NCBI GenBank assembly: GCA_963712115.1
Contig: CAVQGX010000021.1
Coordinates: 1 to 64,000, forward strand
From: an uncultured delta proteobacterium
GTDB lineage: Bacteria > Desulfobacterota > Syntrophobacteria > BM002
DNA length: 64,000 nucleotides
Direction: 5' to 3'
This document shows positions 18,914-28,132 of this stretch, piece after piece. The notes under the pieces were generated by a model. The model saw nothing but the letters and a program-made list of their open reading frames with translations, was not told the origin of the DNA and searched no databases. The position numbers were made by a program, and so were the translations under genes. Every line of letters begins with the position of its first letter. The stretch's first letter is position 1.

Positions 18914-19663
18914 GTGAATAAGAAGCCCGAAATAAGATCTTATCCCAGTTTGCCGAAGCTAAGCCTTGCTGCGGCTGAATTCATTGCCGAACTGGCTGAG
19001 GCTTCAATAAAAGAAAGAAATATCTTCACCCTGGTCCTCTCGGGTGGTAGTACTCCCCTTTTGCTTTATGAGGAGCTGGCACGCCAACCCCTTTCCAAGA
19101 GGATAGACTGGCAGAAGACCCATATTTTTTGGGGTGATGAGCGTTGCGTGCCGCCGGATCATCCGGACAGCAACTATGCGTTGGCTTTTCAAGCAGTTGT
19201 CTCCAAGGTGGATATACCAACAGCGAATGTGCATCGAGTTATTACTGAAAGCGACTCCGCCAATGCTGCTGCGGAAGATTACGAAAAGACCCTCCGTCAT
19301 TTTTTTCGCCATCTTGCAGGGAGTGAAGACCAGCCGTACCTCCCCTCTTTTGACTTGGTCCTGCTGGGTTTGGGACAAGATGGTCACACTGCCTCTCTTT
19401 TCCCCGGAGATGCGGCCCTGGAAGAAAAATACCGCTGGGTTGTGGCAGTGGATGGTGCGAGCGCTTCGCCCCCTGTCCCGCGGGTCACCCTTACTTTTCC
19501 TGTTTTGAACAAGGCCGAGTGCGTTATTTTCCTTGTTTCGGGATCGAGCAAACAAGATGTTTTTGCGGAAATTATGAACAATCCCGGAACAGCAGCCTAT
19601 CCGGCGGCCAGAATAAGACCGTCAGGAAGGCTGTTGTGGTTTATTGATGAGTGGTTGGTGTGA
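18914..19663 (+). CDS. pgl: 6-phosphogluconolactonase
   Basis: LSGGSTP, WGDERCVP, GLGQDGHTASLFP, RVTLT. Confidence 0.95.
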   Translation: MNKKPEIRSYPSLPKLSLAAAEFIAELAEASIKERNIFTLVLSGGSTPLLLYEELARQPLSKRIDWQKTHIFWGDERCVPPDHPDSNYALAFQAVVSKVDIPTANVHRVITESDSANAAAEDYEKTLRHFFRHLAGSEDQPYLPSFDLVLLGLGQDGHTASLFPGDAALEEKYRWVVAVDGASASPPVPRVTLTFPVLNKAECVIFLVSGSSKQDVFAEIMNNPGTAAYPAARIRPSGRLLWFIDEWLV

Positions 19664-20991
19664 GCAGGGTAAACTCCTCTGAGCGACTAATTCTTTTCAC
19701 CCGGTATCCCGAACCGGGGAAAACCAAAACCCGCCTGATTCCAGTTCTGGGCTCCCATGGAGCCGCTGATCTCCAGAAGCAAATGACAGAACACGTCCTA
19801 GCTCGGACAGGCGGTTTCGTCGGCGACCGACGGGTTGATATGGAGGTTCGCCATGAAGGTGGCAACCGAGGACTTATGGAAAAGTGGCTTGGCAGCCATA
19901 TCTCTTATCGATCCCAAGGTCGCGGGGATGTCGGCACCCGCATGGCGAAAGCCTTTTCGCAGGCTTTTAATCAGGGAAAAAAGCGGGTGGTAATCGTGGG
20001 TTCTGATTGCCCAGGGATAAATGAAGAAACTGTAAGAACCGCCTTTGATTTGCTTGATCAGTTTGATCTGGTACTGGGGCCGGCCAATGACGGCGGCTAC
20101 TACTTGATTGGCCTCCGTCAAGAAAAGCCCCAGTTATTTGAGGATGTTCCATGGGGTACGGCCGAGGTGGGAGCCAGAACCCTTGAAATCGCCATTCAGC
20201 TAGGACTTCGCTGGGTAAAAGTTGAACCGCTGGATGATGTGGACCGAGCAGAGGATATTGAGGTATGGGAAAGTGAAGCCACCAGGAAAGAGGCTACACC
20301 TCAGCCTGCAATTTCCATCGTTATTCCAACCCTGAACGAGGCAGAAAACCTGGCTGCGACTCTGGCCAGTACGGAGAGCAGTGTGGATCTTGAGATTGTC
20401 GTTGTGGATGGTGGTAGCAGCGATGAGACTCTCGAAGTAGCGAAGAGTTTTGGGGTGCGGTTGCTCACTACAGCTGCTGGTCGCGCAAGGCAGGTGAATG
20501 CAGGCGGTCTCGCTGCCAGGGGTGATGTACTCTTTTTTCTCCACGGAGACACCCTGTTGCCCCGGGGATTCGAAAGATATGTCCAGGATATTATGGGAAA
20601 ACCAGGTGTGGTGGCGGGTGCTTTTACCCTAGGTATCCATGGTTCGGAGTTCGGTTTTAGAATGGTTGAAATGCTGGCCAATTTTCGCTCCCGTGTCTTG
20701 CAAATGCCTTATGGCGACCAAGGAATCTTTCTCAGGAGAGAGGTTTTTCGTGCCCTGGGAGGGTTTCCTGATATGGTTCTCATGGAGGACTTTGTATTAA
20801 TGCAGCGGTTAAGAAAAAGGGGGAGAGTTGCGATTGCGCCCGTTGCTGTAAAGACTTCAGCTCGACGCTGGCGTGAACTCGGAATCTTGAAAACAACCCT
20901 GATAAATCAAGTTGTTTTGCTGGCCTATTTCCTTGGCAGTAATCCTCAGCGGCTGGCACGCTGGTACGGAAGGTCCAAATTTAAAAATTGA
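19660..20991 (+). CDS. Fused glycosyltransferase: TIGR04282-type (CofC-like) N-domain plus TIGR04283-type GT2 C-domain
   Basis: FTRYPEPGKTKTRL, GSDCP, GPANDGGYYLIG, DVD; then SIVIPTLNE, VDGGSSD, PYGDQG, MEDF, TSARRW; GTG overlaps the pgl stop (GTGA). Confidence 0.9.
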   Translation: MSRVNSSERLILFTRYPEPGKTKTRLIPVLGSHGAADLQKQMTEHVLARTGGFVGDRRVDMEVRHEGGNRGLMEKWLGSHISYRSQGRGDVGTRMAKAFSQAFNQGKKRVVIVGSDCPGINEETVRTAFDLLDQFDLVLGPANDGGYYLIGLRQEKPQLFEDVPWGTAEVGARTLEIAIQLGLRWVKVEPLDDVDRAEDIEVWESEATRKEATPQPAISIVIPTLNEAENLAATLASTESSVDLEIVVVDGGSSDETLEVAKSFGVRLLTTAAGRARQVNAGGLAARGDVLFFLHGDTLLPRGFERYVQDIMGKPGVVAGAFTLGIHGSEFGFRMVEMLANFRSRVLQMPYGDQGIFLRREVFRALGGFPDMVLMEDFVLMQRLRKRGRVAIAPVAVKTSARRWRELGILKTTLINQVVLLAYFLGSNPQRLARWYGRSKFKN

Positions 20992-21125
20992 GGAATTCAG
21001 GTATTAAGGAAATTAGCGAATCTATAAATTTGAACTAGCCATCAAGAATACTTGAATCCCCAAATTTCTGAATCGTTTTGCTCGAGGACTTGCATTGTCA
21101 ATAGGGATGGGCTATTGTAAAGTGT

Positions 21126-21143
21126 TTGAGAGAAGATTCACAA
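21126..21143. promoter_or_regulatory. Rex-like operator
   Basis: TTGAGAG-AAGA-TTCACAA, 2 mismatches to TTGTGAA-N4-TTCACAA. Confidence 0.4.
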
Positions 21144-21189
21144 TGATGACGTCATAGAGGAATTGCTACTGAAACCCTGAGGATCAAGC

Positions 21190-21909
21190 ATGGAAGGCAA
21201 GTTGAAAGAATTCAGCCGTGGGGAACTGGCCCAGTTTAATGGTGAAGATGGAAAGCCGGTTTATATCGCCTACGAGGGCAAGGTTTACGATGCTTCTGAA
21301 AGCAAATTATGGAAGACAGGGTTCCACATGCGGAGGCACCAGGCGGGAGCAGATCTGAGTGAAGAGATCGGAGGCGCTCCCCATGGCCTCGAGGTTTTGA
21401 AAAGACTTCCGCAAGTTGGCACTTTAAAGGCGGAAAAAGATCCCATGGATGAGCACATTCCTGAGCTTCTTCTGGCGGTCTTTCGTAAAATTCCCATGTT
21501 GAGGCGCCACCCCCACCCCATGACTGTACATTTTCCCATTGCCTTTATGATGCTCTTTCCGGTTTTAAACATTCTTTACCTGGCAACTGGTAAGGAAAGT
21601 TTTGATATCTCCTCATTTCATGTGCTCGTTGCTGGTCTTGCTTTCACACCTGTAGCACTGCTCACGGGGCCATACAACTGGTGGATCAATTACGCGGGCA
21701 AGTGGTCAAAAATAATCGCGGTTAAGATGTTCGGTTCTCTTATCCTGATCACTCTGATTCTGGTCATTTTCATGTGGAGAATATTGGTACCCGATATTAT
21801 GTTGCAGCCAAGCGGGGCCAGGATTATTTACATTATGCTCAGCCTCATACTACCGCCGATAGTATCAGTCCTCGGATGGTTTGGAGCCAAGATGACCTTC
21901 CCCCACTGA
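21190..21909 (+). CDS. Cytochrome b5-like heme/steroid-binding domain fused to DUF2231 membrane domain
   Basis: ELAQFNG, YIAYEGKVYD, HQAGADLS, PHG; HPHPMTVHFPIA followed by about four TM helices. Confidence 0.85.
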   Translation: MEGKLKEFSRGELAQFNGEDGKPVYIAYEGKVYDASESKLWKTGFHMRRHQAGADLSEEIGGAPHGLEVLKRLPQVGTLKAEKDPMDEHIPELLLAVFRKIPMLRRHPHPMTVHFPIAFMMLFPVLNILYLATGKESFDISSFHVLVAGLAFTPVALLTGPYNWWINYAGKWSKIIAVKMFGSLILITLILVIFMWRILVPDIMLQPSGARIIYIMLSLILPPIVSVLGWFGAKMTFPH

Positions 21910-22027
21910 GGTTTGAGGTGTCAGGTGTCAGGTTTCAGAAATGATAGACCTGAACACTGACACCTGAAACCTGAAACCTTAAACTTTGGTGTTTGGAATT
22001 TGATATTTTACAATGCTCCATTGCTCG
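21908..22027. repeat. Heptamer inverted-repeat element (GGTGTCA/CTGAAAC family), copy 1
   Basis: (GTGTCAG)n-AAATGATAGAC-(CTGAAAC/CTGACAC)n plus a TTTGGTGTTTGG tail; relatives at 28027, 44448 and 61681. Confidence 0.85.
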
Positions 22028-22094
22028 CCGGAGGCCGGGCCTGGATTCTTTGCTTTCTCAGGAAACCTAAGAGAGGGATGAAGACAAGATCAGT

Positions 22095-23033
22095 ATGAGT
22101 TTGCAATCCACAGTCAAACCAGAACAGTTGAAGCTTTTCCTGGCTCTCTCCCGAACTCCCCATTTGTTAATTGATCTCGCAACCCCAATGGCAGCAGCGC
22201 TCTTGTGTATCGGGAGATTCCCAGCCATTTCCACGATCATACTCGGACTAATAACCGTTTTCGCTGGATACGCTTGCATCTACGCCCTCAATGATGTGAC
22301 CGATTATGAATTGGATAGGAAAAGGATGGGAGAACTCCCCAGAGAACAAGCCTGCTTTGATCTCGACTGCATTTTTGTTCGCCACCCTCTAGCACAAGGG
22401 TTCATAACTTTTGCTGGGGGCATGGTGTGGACCGCCCTGTGGGGACTTATTGCTCTGGTTGGGGCTGCGCTTTTAAATCCAGTTTGTGCCGCCATTTTCA
22501 TAGTTGGTGCCATACTCGAAGTGATTTACTGCAAGTTCTATGGTTATAGCCAGTGGAAAATCCTTATCGCCGCCACGGTAAAAAATCTCGGCAGCTTGGC
22601 TGCCATCTACGCAGTAAACCCAGATCCACCGCTCGAGTTCATAGTTATAGTTTTCATCTGGATTGCACTCTGGGAAGTCGGGGGACAAAACATCCCCAAC
22701 GATCTAGTGGACATGGGTGAAGACAGAAGACTAGGGGGTAAGACCGTTCCCGTGGTTTATGGGCCGAACCTTTCGATATTCATCATTTTTATTACACTCA
22801 TTGCCAGTTTTGTCCTGGGTCTTGGTCTGGTATTTCTCTCCCCCCTTGCCTTTAAGGGGGTGTACATAGTAGGTGCGATTATTTCCGGACTTTTATTTCT
22901 CTTGCTTCCCCTCAGAAGATTCCTAGCAGGGAAGGACACCACCAAAGCAATAAATCTCTTTAACCAAGCTAGCCTTTATCCCGTGGGGATATTCATTACC
23001 ACCGTCTTTTGTATTTTGATCCAGTATATATAA
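22095..23033 (+). CDS. UbiA-family prenyltransferase
   Basis: NDVTDYELD and NDLVDMGED Asp-rich motifs, RHPL, multiple TM helices. Confidence 0.88.
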   Translation: MSLQSTVKPEQLKLFLALSRTPHLLIDLATPMAAALLCIGRFPAISTIILGLITVFAGYACIYALNDVTDYELDRKRMGELPREQACFDLDCIFVRHPLAQGFITFAGGMVWTALWGLIALVGAALLNPVCAAIFIVGAILEVIYCKFYGYSQWKILIAATVKNLGSLAAIYAVNPDPPLEFIVIVFIWIALWEVGGQNIPNDLVDMGEDRRLGGKTVPVVYGPNLSIFIIFITLIASFVLGLGLVFLSPLAFKGVYIVGAIISGLLFLLLPLRRFLAGKDTTKAINLFNQASLYPVGIFITTVFCILIQYI

Positions 23034-23080
23034 TCCTTACAAGACGCGCCCTCCCTTGAGAAAAAGATAGTTAGACTTCC

Positions 23081-23181
23081 TTGGAGTAGTGGAGCGTTGG
23101 AGTACCGGAGTAATGGAAAATCTACGATTTCTGACTTTGTAAATCTTTTCGATGCCCAACACTCCAATACTCCATTACTCC
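23081..23181. repeat. Octamer inverted-repeat element (TGGAGTAN ... NTACTCCA)
   Basis: TGGAGTAGTGGAGCGTTGGAGTACCGGAGTAATGG ... CCAACACTCCAATACTCCATTACTCC. Confidence 0.75.
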
Positions 23182-23347
23182 CAAAACCGCGCAAACAGGA
23201 AAAACCTCGAATAAAGTTTGTCGGGTTCATGACCCTGACTCTTTGGCCCAACAATCCGTCATTTCGATGTAATAGTTAAAATACCAACGCCGACGATTCA
23301 ACGTAGAGGTTTCTGCTGGATGTTGACACTTAATCTAGGAGTGAGAA

Positions 23348-24997
23348 ATGAATTTCGACAACTTCCTGGCCAACATCTACTTTGGCTCTTTGGATGTGGA
23401 ACGATTCCATTCCTTTAGAGATCTGGAGGAAGATGATAAAACCAGAGAAATAATTGAAAAGTATGAGAAAATCACCGAGAAATATCCCTCCTCCCATCTC
23501 GAAGAGAAAGAAACCGTCCCGGCAGAACTGCTGGAGGAGCTGAAGAGGATTGGCTTCTTTGGACTGAATATACCGGAAGAATACGGCGGAGTTGGGCTAA
23601 ATCTCAAACAATACTTGAAGGTAGTGGAAGAGATAGCCGGTCGTGATCTGGCTCTAGCAATCATTTCCCTGGCTCATCTTTCCATTGGTTGCAAAGGCAT
23701 TGTGCTCTTTGGCACTGAAGCGCAGAAGGAGAAATACCTCGTCCCTGCCGCCACTGGCGAGATGATTTTTTCCTACGCACTCACTGAACCGAAAATAGGC
23801 TCGGATGCCAAGCACATTGAAACGTGGGCCAAGCTTTCTGACGATGGCAGCTACTACATTTTAAACGGTCAGAAGACATACATAACCAATGCAAACTATG
23901 CCGGAGGACTCACAGTCTTCGCCCAGCTAGATAGGGACAAGCCAGGTTTCATTGGTGGTTTAATAGTAGAGACCGCATGGGATGGAGTAAAGATAGGTAG
24001 AGACATGCCGAAGATGGGACTCAAGGCAAGTTCTACTGCAGCCATTCAATTCAAAGATGTTCGCGTTCCAAAAGAAAATCTCCTGGGTCAACCCGGAGAT
24101 GGGTTCAAGATCGCCATGACTATTTTAAACTACGGTAGAGTCGCTCTGGGAGCTGGTTCGGCTGGTGCGCTGATTCAGTCAAGGCGTGACATGGTGAAAC
24201 AATCTGGCCGCAGAATCCAGTTCGGAGTTCCCATCAATACTTTTGAACTGATCCAGGAAAAAATGGTTAAGGCCAAAGTTGACGGCTACCTGACCTCAGC
24301 CATTACCGCTTTTACGGCAGGATTGCTCGAGAATGACCCTCTTGCGGCTGTTGCCATTGAGAGCTCCCACTGCAAACTCTTCGGCACCACCAGGGCCTGG
24401 GATACCATTTATAATGGACTGCAAGTGGCCGGAGGTTCTGGATACCTGGCCACGCAGCCCTATGAGAAAAGAATGAGGGATTTTAGGGTAACTACCATCT
24501 TTGAGGGGACCACTGAGATCCATTCCATCTATCCGCCCCTGTTTGTTTTGAGAAATCTCGAGAAGGAAATGAGAGCAGCGAACCGCTCCACCACCTCTAG
24601 GCTGATATTTCTGCTTAAAGGCATATTTGCTAGAGCTAAGTGGAAGCTCAGGTTTAGTCACAGAGGTATGAACCGGGCGGTTAGACTTGCCAAAGCCAAC
24701 GCCAGGTCCATACGGTGGTTGCTTCACGCCGGACTGTTGATTTATGGAAAAAAAATCCAGAAGAAGCAGTTTTTTCTCCGCCGCCTAACCAATCTTAGTC
24801 TCTACCTCTTCGGGATCATTTCAGTATTGGCAAAAATAGATGCAGAGCAGAAAATGGGACGAGACGTCTCTGCGGGTCTGAAGGTCCTAGCCTATATTGT
24901 GGAGGAGGCGCTCCAGGTGAGGAAGGATAACAAACGTTTACTCAGCTCCAAGCAGGAAGCTCTGCACAAAAAGATTTTCCAGGATATTGTCTCCTAG
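23348..24997 (+). CDS. Acyl-CoA dehydrogenase (ACAD9/VLCAD-like, extended C-terminus)
   Basis: IPEEYGG, YALTEPKIGSD, KMGLKASST, RDFRVTTIFEGTTEI. Confidence 0.92.
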   Translation: MNFDNFLANIYFGSLDVERFHSFRDLEEDDKTREIIEKYEKITEKYPSSHLEEKETVPAELLEELKRIGFFGLNIPEEYGGVGLNLKQYLKVVEEIAGRDLALAIISLAHLSIGCKGIVLFGTEAQKEKYLVPAATGEMIFSYALTEPKIGSDAKHIETWAKLSDDGSYYILNGQKTYITNANYAGGLTVFAQLDRDKPGFIGGLIVETAWDGVKIGRDMPKMGLKASSTAAIQFKDVRVPKENLLGQPGDGFKIAMTILNYGRVALGAGSAGALIQSRRDMVKQSGRRIQFGVPINTFELIQEKMVKAKVDGYLTSAITAFTAGLLENDPLAAVAIESSHCKLFGTTRAWDTIYNGLQVAGGSGYLATQPYEKRMRDFRVTTIFEGTTEIHSIYPPLFVLRNLEKEMRAANRSTTSRLIFLLKGIFARAKWKLRFSHRGMNRAVRLAKANARSIRWLLHAGLLIYGKKIQKKQFFLRRLTNLSLYLFGIISVLAKIDAEQKMGRDVSAGLKVLAYIVEEALQVRKDNKRLLSSKQEALHKKIFQDIVS

Positions 24998-25163
24998 TTG
25001 CTTTACCCACCCAAAGCTTGACCGAGGTCTGGCTGTGACTTAATATTAAACAATTGCACCTTATTTAAATCTTTAGAATGTCTAGCCAGCCTTTGGTCAA
25101 CTCCCCAGTCTAGAAGGGGTGCCAAGAAGAGAAACTTTACCATTATCCTTATAGGAGACTAAT

Positions 25164-25679
25164 ATGAAAGAACGTGCTGGACTCGTGACTATGAAGGGAA
25201 ATCCGATCACTCTGATCGGTACCGAACTGAAAGTTGGCGATAAGGCCCCTGACTTTATTGCCGTAGACAACGATCTCTCTCAAGTGAGCCTGAAGTCGTT
25301 CCGAGGCAAGGTGTGCATCATTTCCTCAGTCCCATCTCTAGACACTCCCGTATGTGACATGGAAACGAGAAGATTCAACAACGAGGCGGGCCGACTGGGC
25401 GATGATGTGGTGATCCTTACCATTAGCATGGATTTACCCTTTGCCCAAAAGCGCTGGTGCGGTGCAGCCGGCGTCGACCAGGTTGTGACGCTTTCTGACC
25501 ACAGGGATGGTTCATTCGGCCAGGCCTACGGTGTGCTAATCAAAGATCTGCGGCTTTTAGCGAGAGCGGTATTTGTCTTGGACAAAGAGGGCACAATCAG
25601 ATACCTGGAGCTTGTAAAGGAAATTGCCAGCGAGCCAGACTATGAGGCAGTACTGGCTGCAGTAGCAAAACTAATTTGA
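25164..25679 (+). CDS. tpx: Thiol peroxidase
   Basis: VPSLDTPVC, SMDLPFAQKRWC, LARAVFV, EPDY. Confidence 0.95.
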   Translation: MKERAGLVTMKGNPITLIGTELKVGDKAPDFIAVDNDLSQVSLKSFRGKVCIISSVPSLDTPVCDMETRRFNNEAGRLGDDVVILTISMDLPFAQKRWCGAAGVDQVVTLSDHRDGSFGQAYGVLIKDLRLLARAVFVLDKEGTIRYLELVKEIASEPDYEAVLAAVAKLI

Positions 25680-25778
25680 GACTATTAAATGTCTTTTAAG
25701 CAGACAAATGAAATAGTTACCACACCATGATTTGCATTGTTACCCTAAAGAAATTCTTGTTAAGAGTCTGCTTGTGCC

Positions 25779-25850
25779 CTAGATTCCCGCTTTCGCGGGA
25801 ATGACGACAGTATGCGATCGCCCGTCATCCCCGCGTAGGCGGGGATCCAG
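25779..25850. repeat. dRS3-format palindromic repeat pair (ATTCCC-N8-GGGAAT); second copy at 48730-48801
   Basis: GATTCCCGCTTTCGCGGGAATGAC...GTCATCCCCGCGTAGGCGGGGATCCAG, nearly identical at both loci. Confidence 0.85.
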
Positions 25851-25970
25851 GTAGGTCACCGCTTCAAGGCATCCAAAGACTAATTGTTGAACAGTTTCAA
25901 TTTAACCTATTGATATTACATTGAATATAGATAAGACTAGGTGCTTGTTTTGCTAAAGGAGAGTTGAATC

Positions 25971-27470
25971 ATGCGTGTGCTAATACTGTTGACATTTCTG
26001 ACCTTGTTTTTTCCTTCACATTTTCAGGCAGCTGAAACGAGTGATGCCACTCAGGAGTGTTTGGAGTGTCATACCACCTTAGCTCCAGGGATGGTTGCTG
26101 CCTGGGAAAAAAGCCGACACGCCAGAACAAGCCCCGAGGAAGGGCTAAAAAAAGCGGAGATGGGAAGAAGGATTTCTGCGAAAAAGGTGCCGGAGAAGCT
26201 GGCGAGAAACGTTGTGGGCTGTGCCGAATGCCATACCCTCAATCCGGAGAAACACAGTGATACCTTCGAACATAATGGCTATCAGGTTCATATTGTGGTC
26301 ACACCTGAAGACTGCGCCACTTGTCATCCAGTTGAAGTAAAGCAATACGGGCAGAATCTAATGTCTCAAGCATACGGGAATTTGATGAACAACTCTCTTT
26401 ACCAGGATTTGATGCTGTCAATCAATGGGGTGCAGTTTTTCCAGGATGGGAAGACGAAATTCAAGGCTTCCAGCCCAGAAACAAATGGAGATTCCTGCCT
26501 CTCATGTCACGGAACCATAGTCGAGGTGAAAGGCTTCGATGAACGGGACACCGAGATGGGAGCAATGGAGTTTCCTGTTTTGAGCGGCTGGCCCAATGAA
26601 GGCGTTGGCCGTATCAATCCTGACGGAAGCAAGGGTTCATGTTCCTCCTGCCACACCTGGCACCGATTCTCCATAGAGATGGCCAGGAAGCCTCATACCT
26701 GCTCTCAGTGCCACAAAGGGCCTGATGTACCCATTAATAAGATCTACCAGGTGAGTAAACATGGAAACATATATTCTGCCATGGGAAAGACATGGGACTT
26801 CGAGGAAGTTCCCTGGACCGTAGGAAAGGATTTTACTGCCCCCACCTGTGCCACCTGTCATGTCAGTCTCCTGGTAACTCCTGAAGGCGAGGTTGTCGCC
26901 GAGAGATCACATGTAATGAACAATCGGCTTCCCTGGAGGATTTTTGGACTGATTTACGCTCATGCTCATCCTAAATCTCCAGACACGAGTCTGATCAAAA
27001 ACAAGGCGGGTCTGCCTCTACCCACTGAGCTCAATGGCGATGCGGCTTCAGAGTATCTGATCGACAACCAGGAACAGCAGAACCGCCGTAAAGTGCTGCA
27101 GCAAGTTTGTTTGTCCTGCCACACTCAACAGTGGGTGGAGGGGCACTGGGCCCGCTTTGAAAACACAATTAAGGTAAGCAATGAGATGACATTGACCGCC
27201 ACTGAGTTGATCATTCAAGCATGGGACAAGGGGGTGGCCAACGGGTTGGCCCAAAATGACTCGATTTTCAATGAGGCCATCGAAAAGAAATGGATGGAGG
27301 AATGGTTGTTTTTTGCCAACTCAACCAGGATGTCATCAGCCATGCTTGGTACCGACTATGGTGTTTTTGACAACGGCCGCTGGTACATGGCGAAGAACAT
27401 AGCGGAAATGGATAGCTGGTTAAAGATGATGCTAGCAGTGGGCAGCGGGCCATCTCGAGATGCAAAGTAA
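25971..27470 (+). CDS. Periplasmic octaheme cytochrome c, hydroxylamine oxidoreductase (HAO)-like
   Basis: Signal peptide; 8 CxxCH motifs (CLECH, CAECH, CATCH, CLSCH, CSSCH, CSQCH, CATCH, CLSCH); WPNEGVGRINPDGSKG, SKHG. Confidence 0.9.
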   Translation: MRVLILLTFLTLFFPSHFQAAETSDATQECLECHTTLAPGMVAAWEKSRHARTSPEEGLKKAEMGRRISAKKVPEKLARNVVGCAECHTLNPEKHSDTFEHNGYQVHIVVTPEDCATCHPVEVKQYGQNLMSQAYGNLMNNSLYQDLMLSINGVQFFQDGKTKFKASSPETNGDSCLSCHGTIVEVKGFDERDTEMGAMEFPVLSGWPNEGVGRINPDGSKGSCSSCHTWHRFSIEMARKPHTCSQCHKGPDVPINKIYQVSKHGNIYSAMGKTWDFEEVPWTVGKDFTAPTCATCHVSLLVTPEGEVVAERSHVMNNRLPWRIFGLIYAHAHPKSPDTSLIKNKAGLPLPTELNGDAASEYLIDNQEQQNRRKVLQQVCLSCHTQQWVEGHWARFENTIKVSNEMTLTATELIIQAWDKGVANGLAQNDSIFNEAIEKKWMEEWLFFANSTRMSSAMLGTDYGVFDNGRWYMAKNIAEMDSWLKMMLAVGSGPSRDAK

Positions 27471-27577
27471 GGTGTGCCCGTCTAAAAGAAATTCGTTGCC
27501 GACTATGGACCCCGTTTTGGGGACCTAGTTGGACAAGTTAAGTTTGAACGAACCCTAATATACAAGGAGGTATTGTA

Positions 27578-27952
27578 ATGGCAGAACGGTTAGAAGTTTA
27601 CAAATGCGATCTTTGTGGCAACATTGTCGAGGTAATGCATGGCGGTGCGGGTGAGCTGGTCTGCTGCGGGCAGCCCATGAAGCTCTTTGTTGCGAACACA
27701 GTGGATGCTGCCAAAGAGAAGCACGTTCCAGCAATCGAGAAGACCGCAGACGGTTTCAAGGTAAAAGTGGGGAGTGTTGCTCACCCCATGGAGGAGAAGC
27801 ATTACATTGAGTGGATTGAGGTTATTTCCGGCGGCAAAACCTATCGCCAATTCCTGAAACCAGGAGAAGCGCCCGAAGCCACATTTTGCATCGACGCTGA
27901 CCAGGTCACAGCAAGGGAGTATTGCAACCTGCACGGCTTGTGGAAAGCATAG
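27578..27952 (+). CDS. dfx: Desulfoferrodoxin (2Fe superoxide reductase)
   Basis: [29 protein letters not shown]. Confidence 0.97.
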   Translation: MAERLEVYKCDLCGNIVEVMHGGAGELVCCGQPMKLFVANTVDAAKEKHVPAIEKTADGFKVKVGSVAHPMEEKHYIEWIEVISGGKTYRQFLKPGEAPEATFCIDADQVTAREYCNLHGLWKA

Positions 27953-27986
27953 TAAATCATTAGGAAGAAAAGCAGACTTGATTGCA

Positions 27987-28008
27987 GGCCCGGAAACCGG
28001 GTCCTTTA
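27987..28008 (+). terminator. Terminator-like hairpin after dfx
   Basis: GGCCCGG-AAA-CCGGGTCC-TTT. Confidence 0.5.
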
Positions 28009-28026
28009 GGCAGGTCATAGTTCACT

Positions 28027-28132
28027 GAGGTTTCAGTGTTCAGGTCTATCATTTCTGAAACCTGACACCTGAAACCTTAAAATTTGGTGCTTGGGGTTTG
28101 GGCTTTCATAGACTTCACCACTCCATTACTCC
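28027..28132. repeat. CTGAAAC-family element, copy 2 (core inverted relative to copy 1)
   Basis: GTTTCAGTGTTCAG-GTCTATCATTT-CTGAAACCTGACACC plus a TTTGGTGCTTGG tail. Confidence 0.85.
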
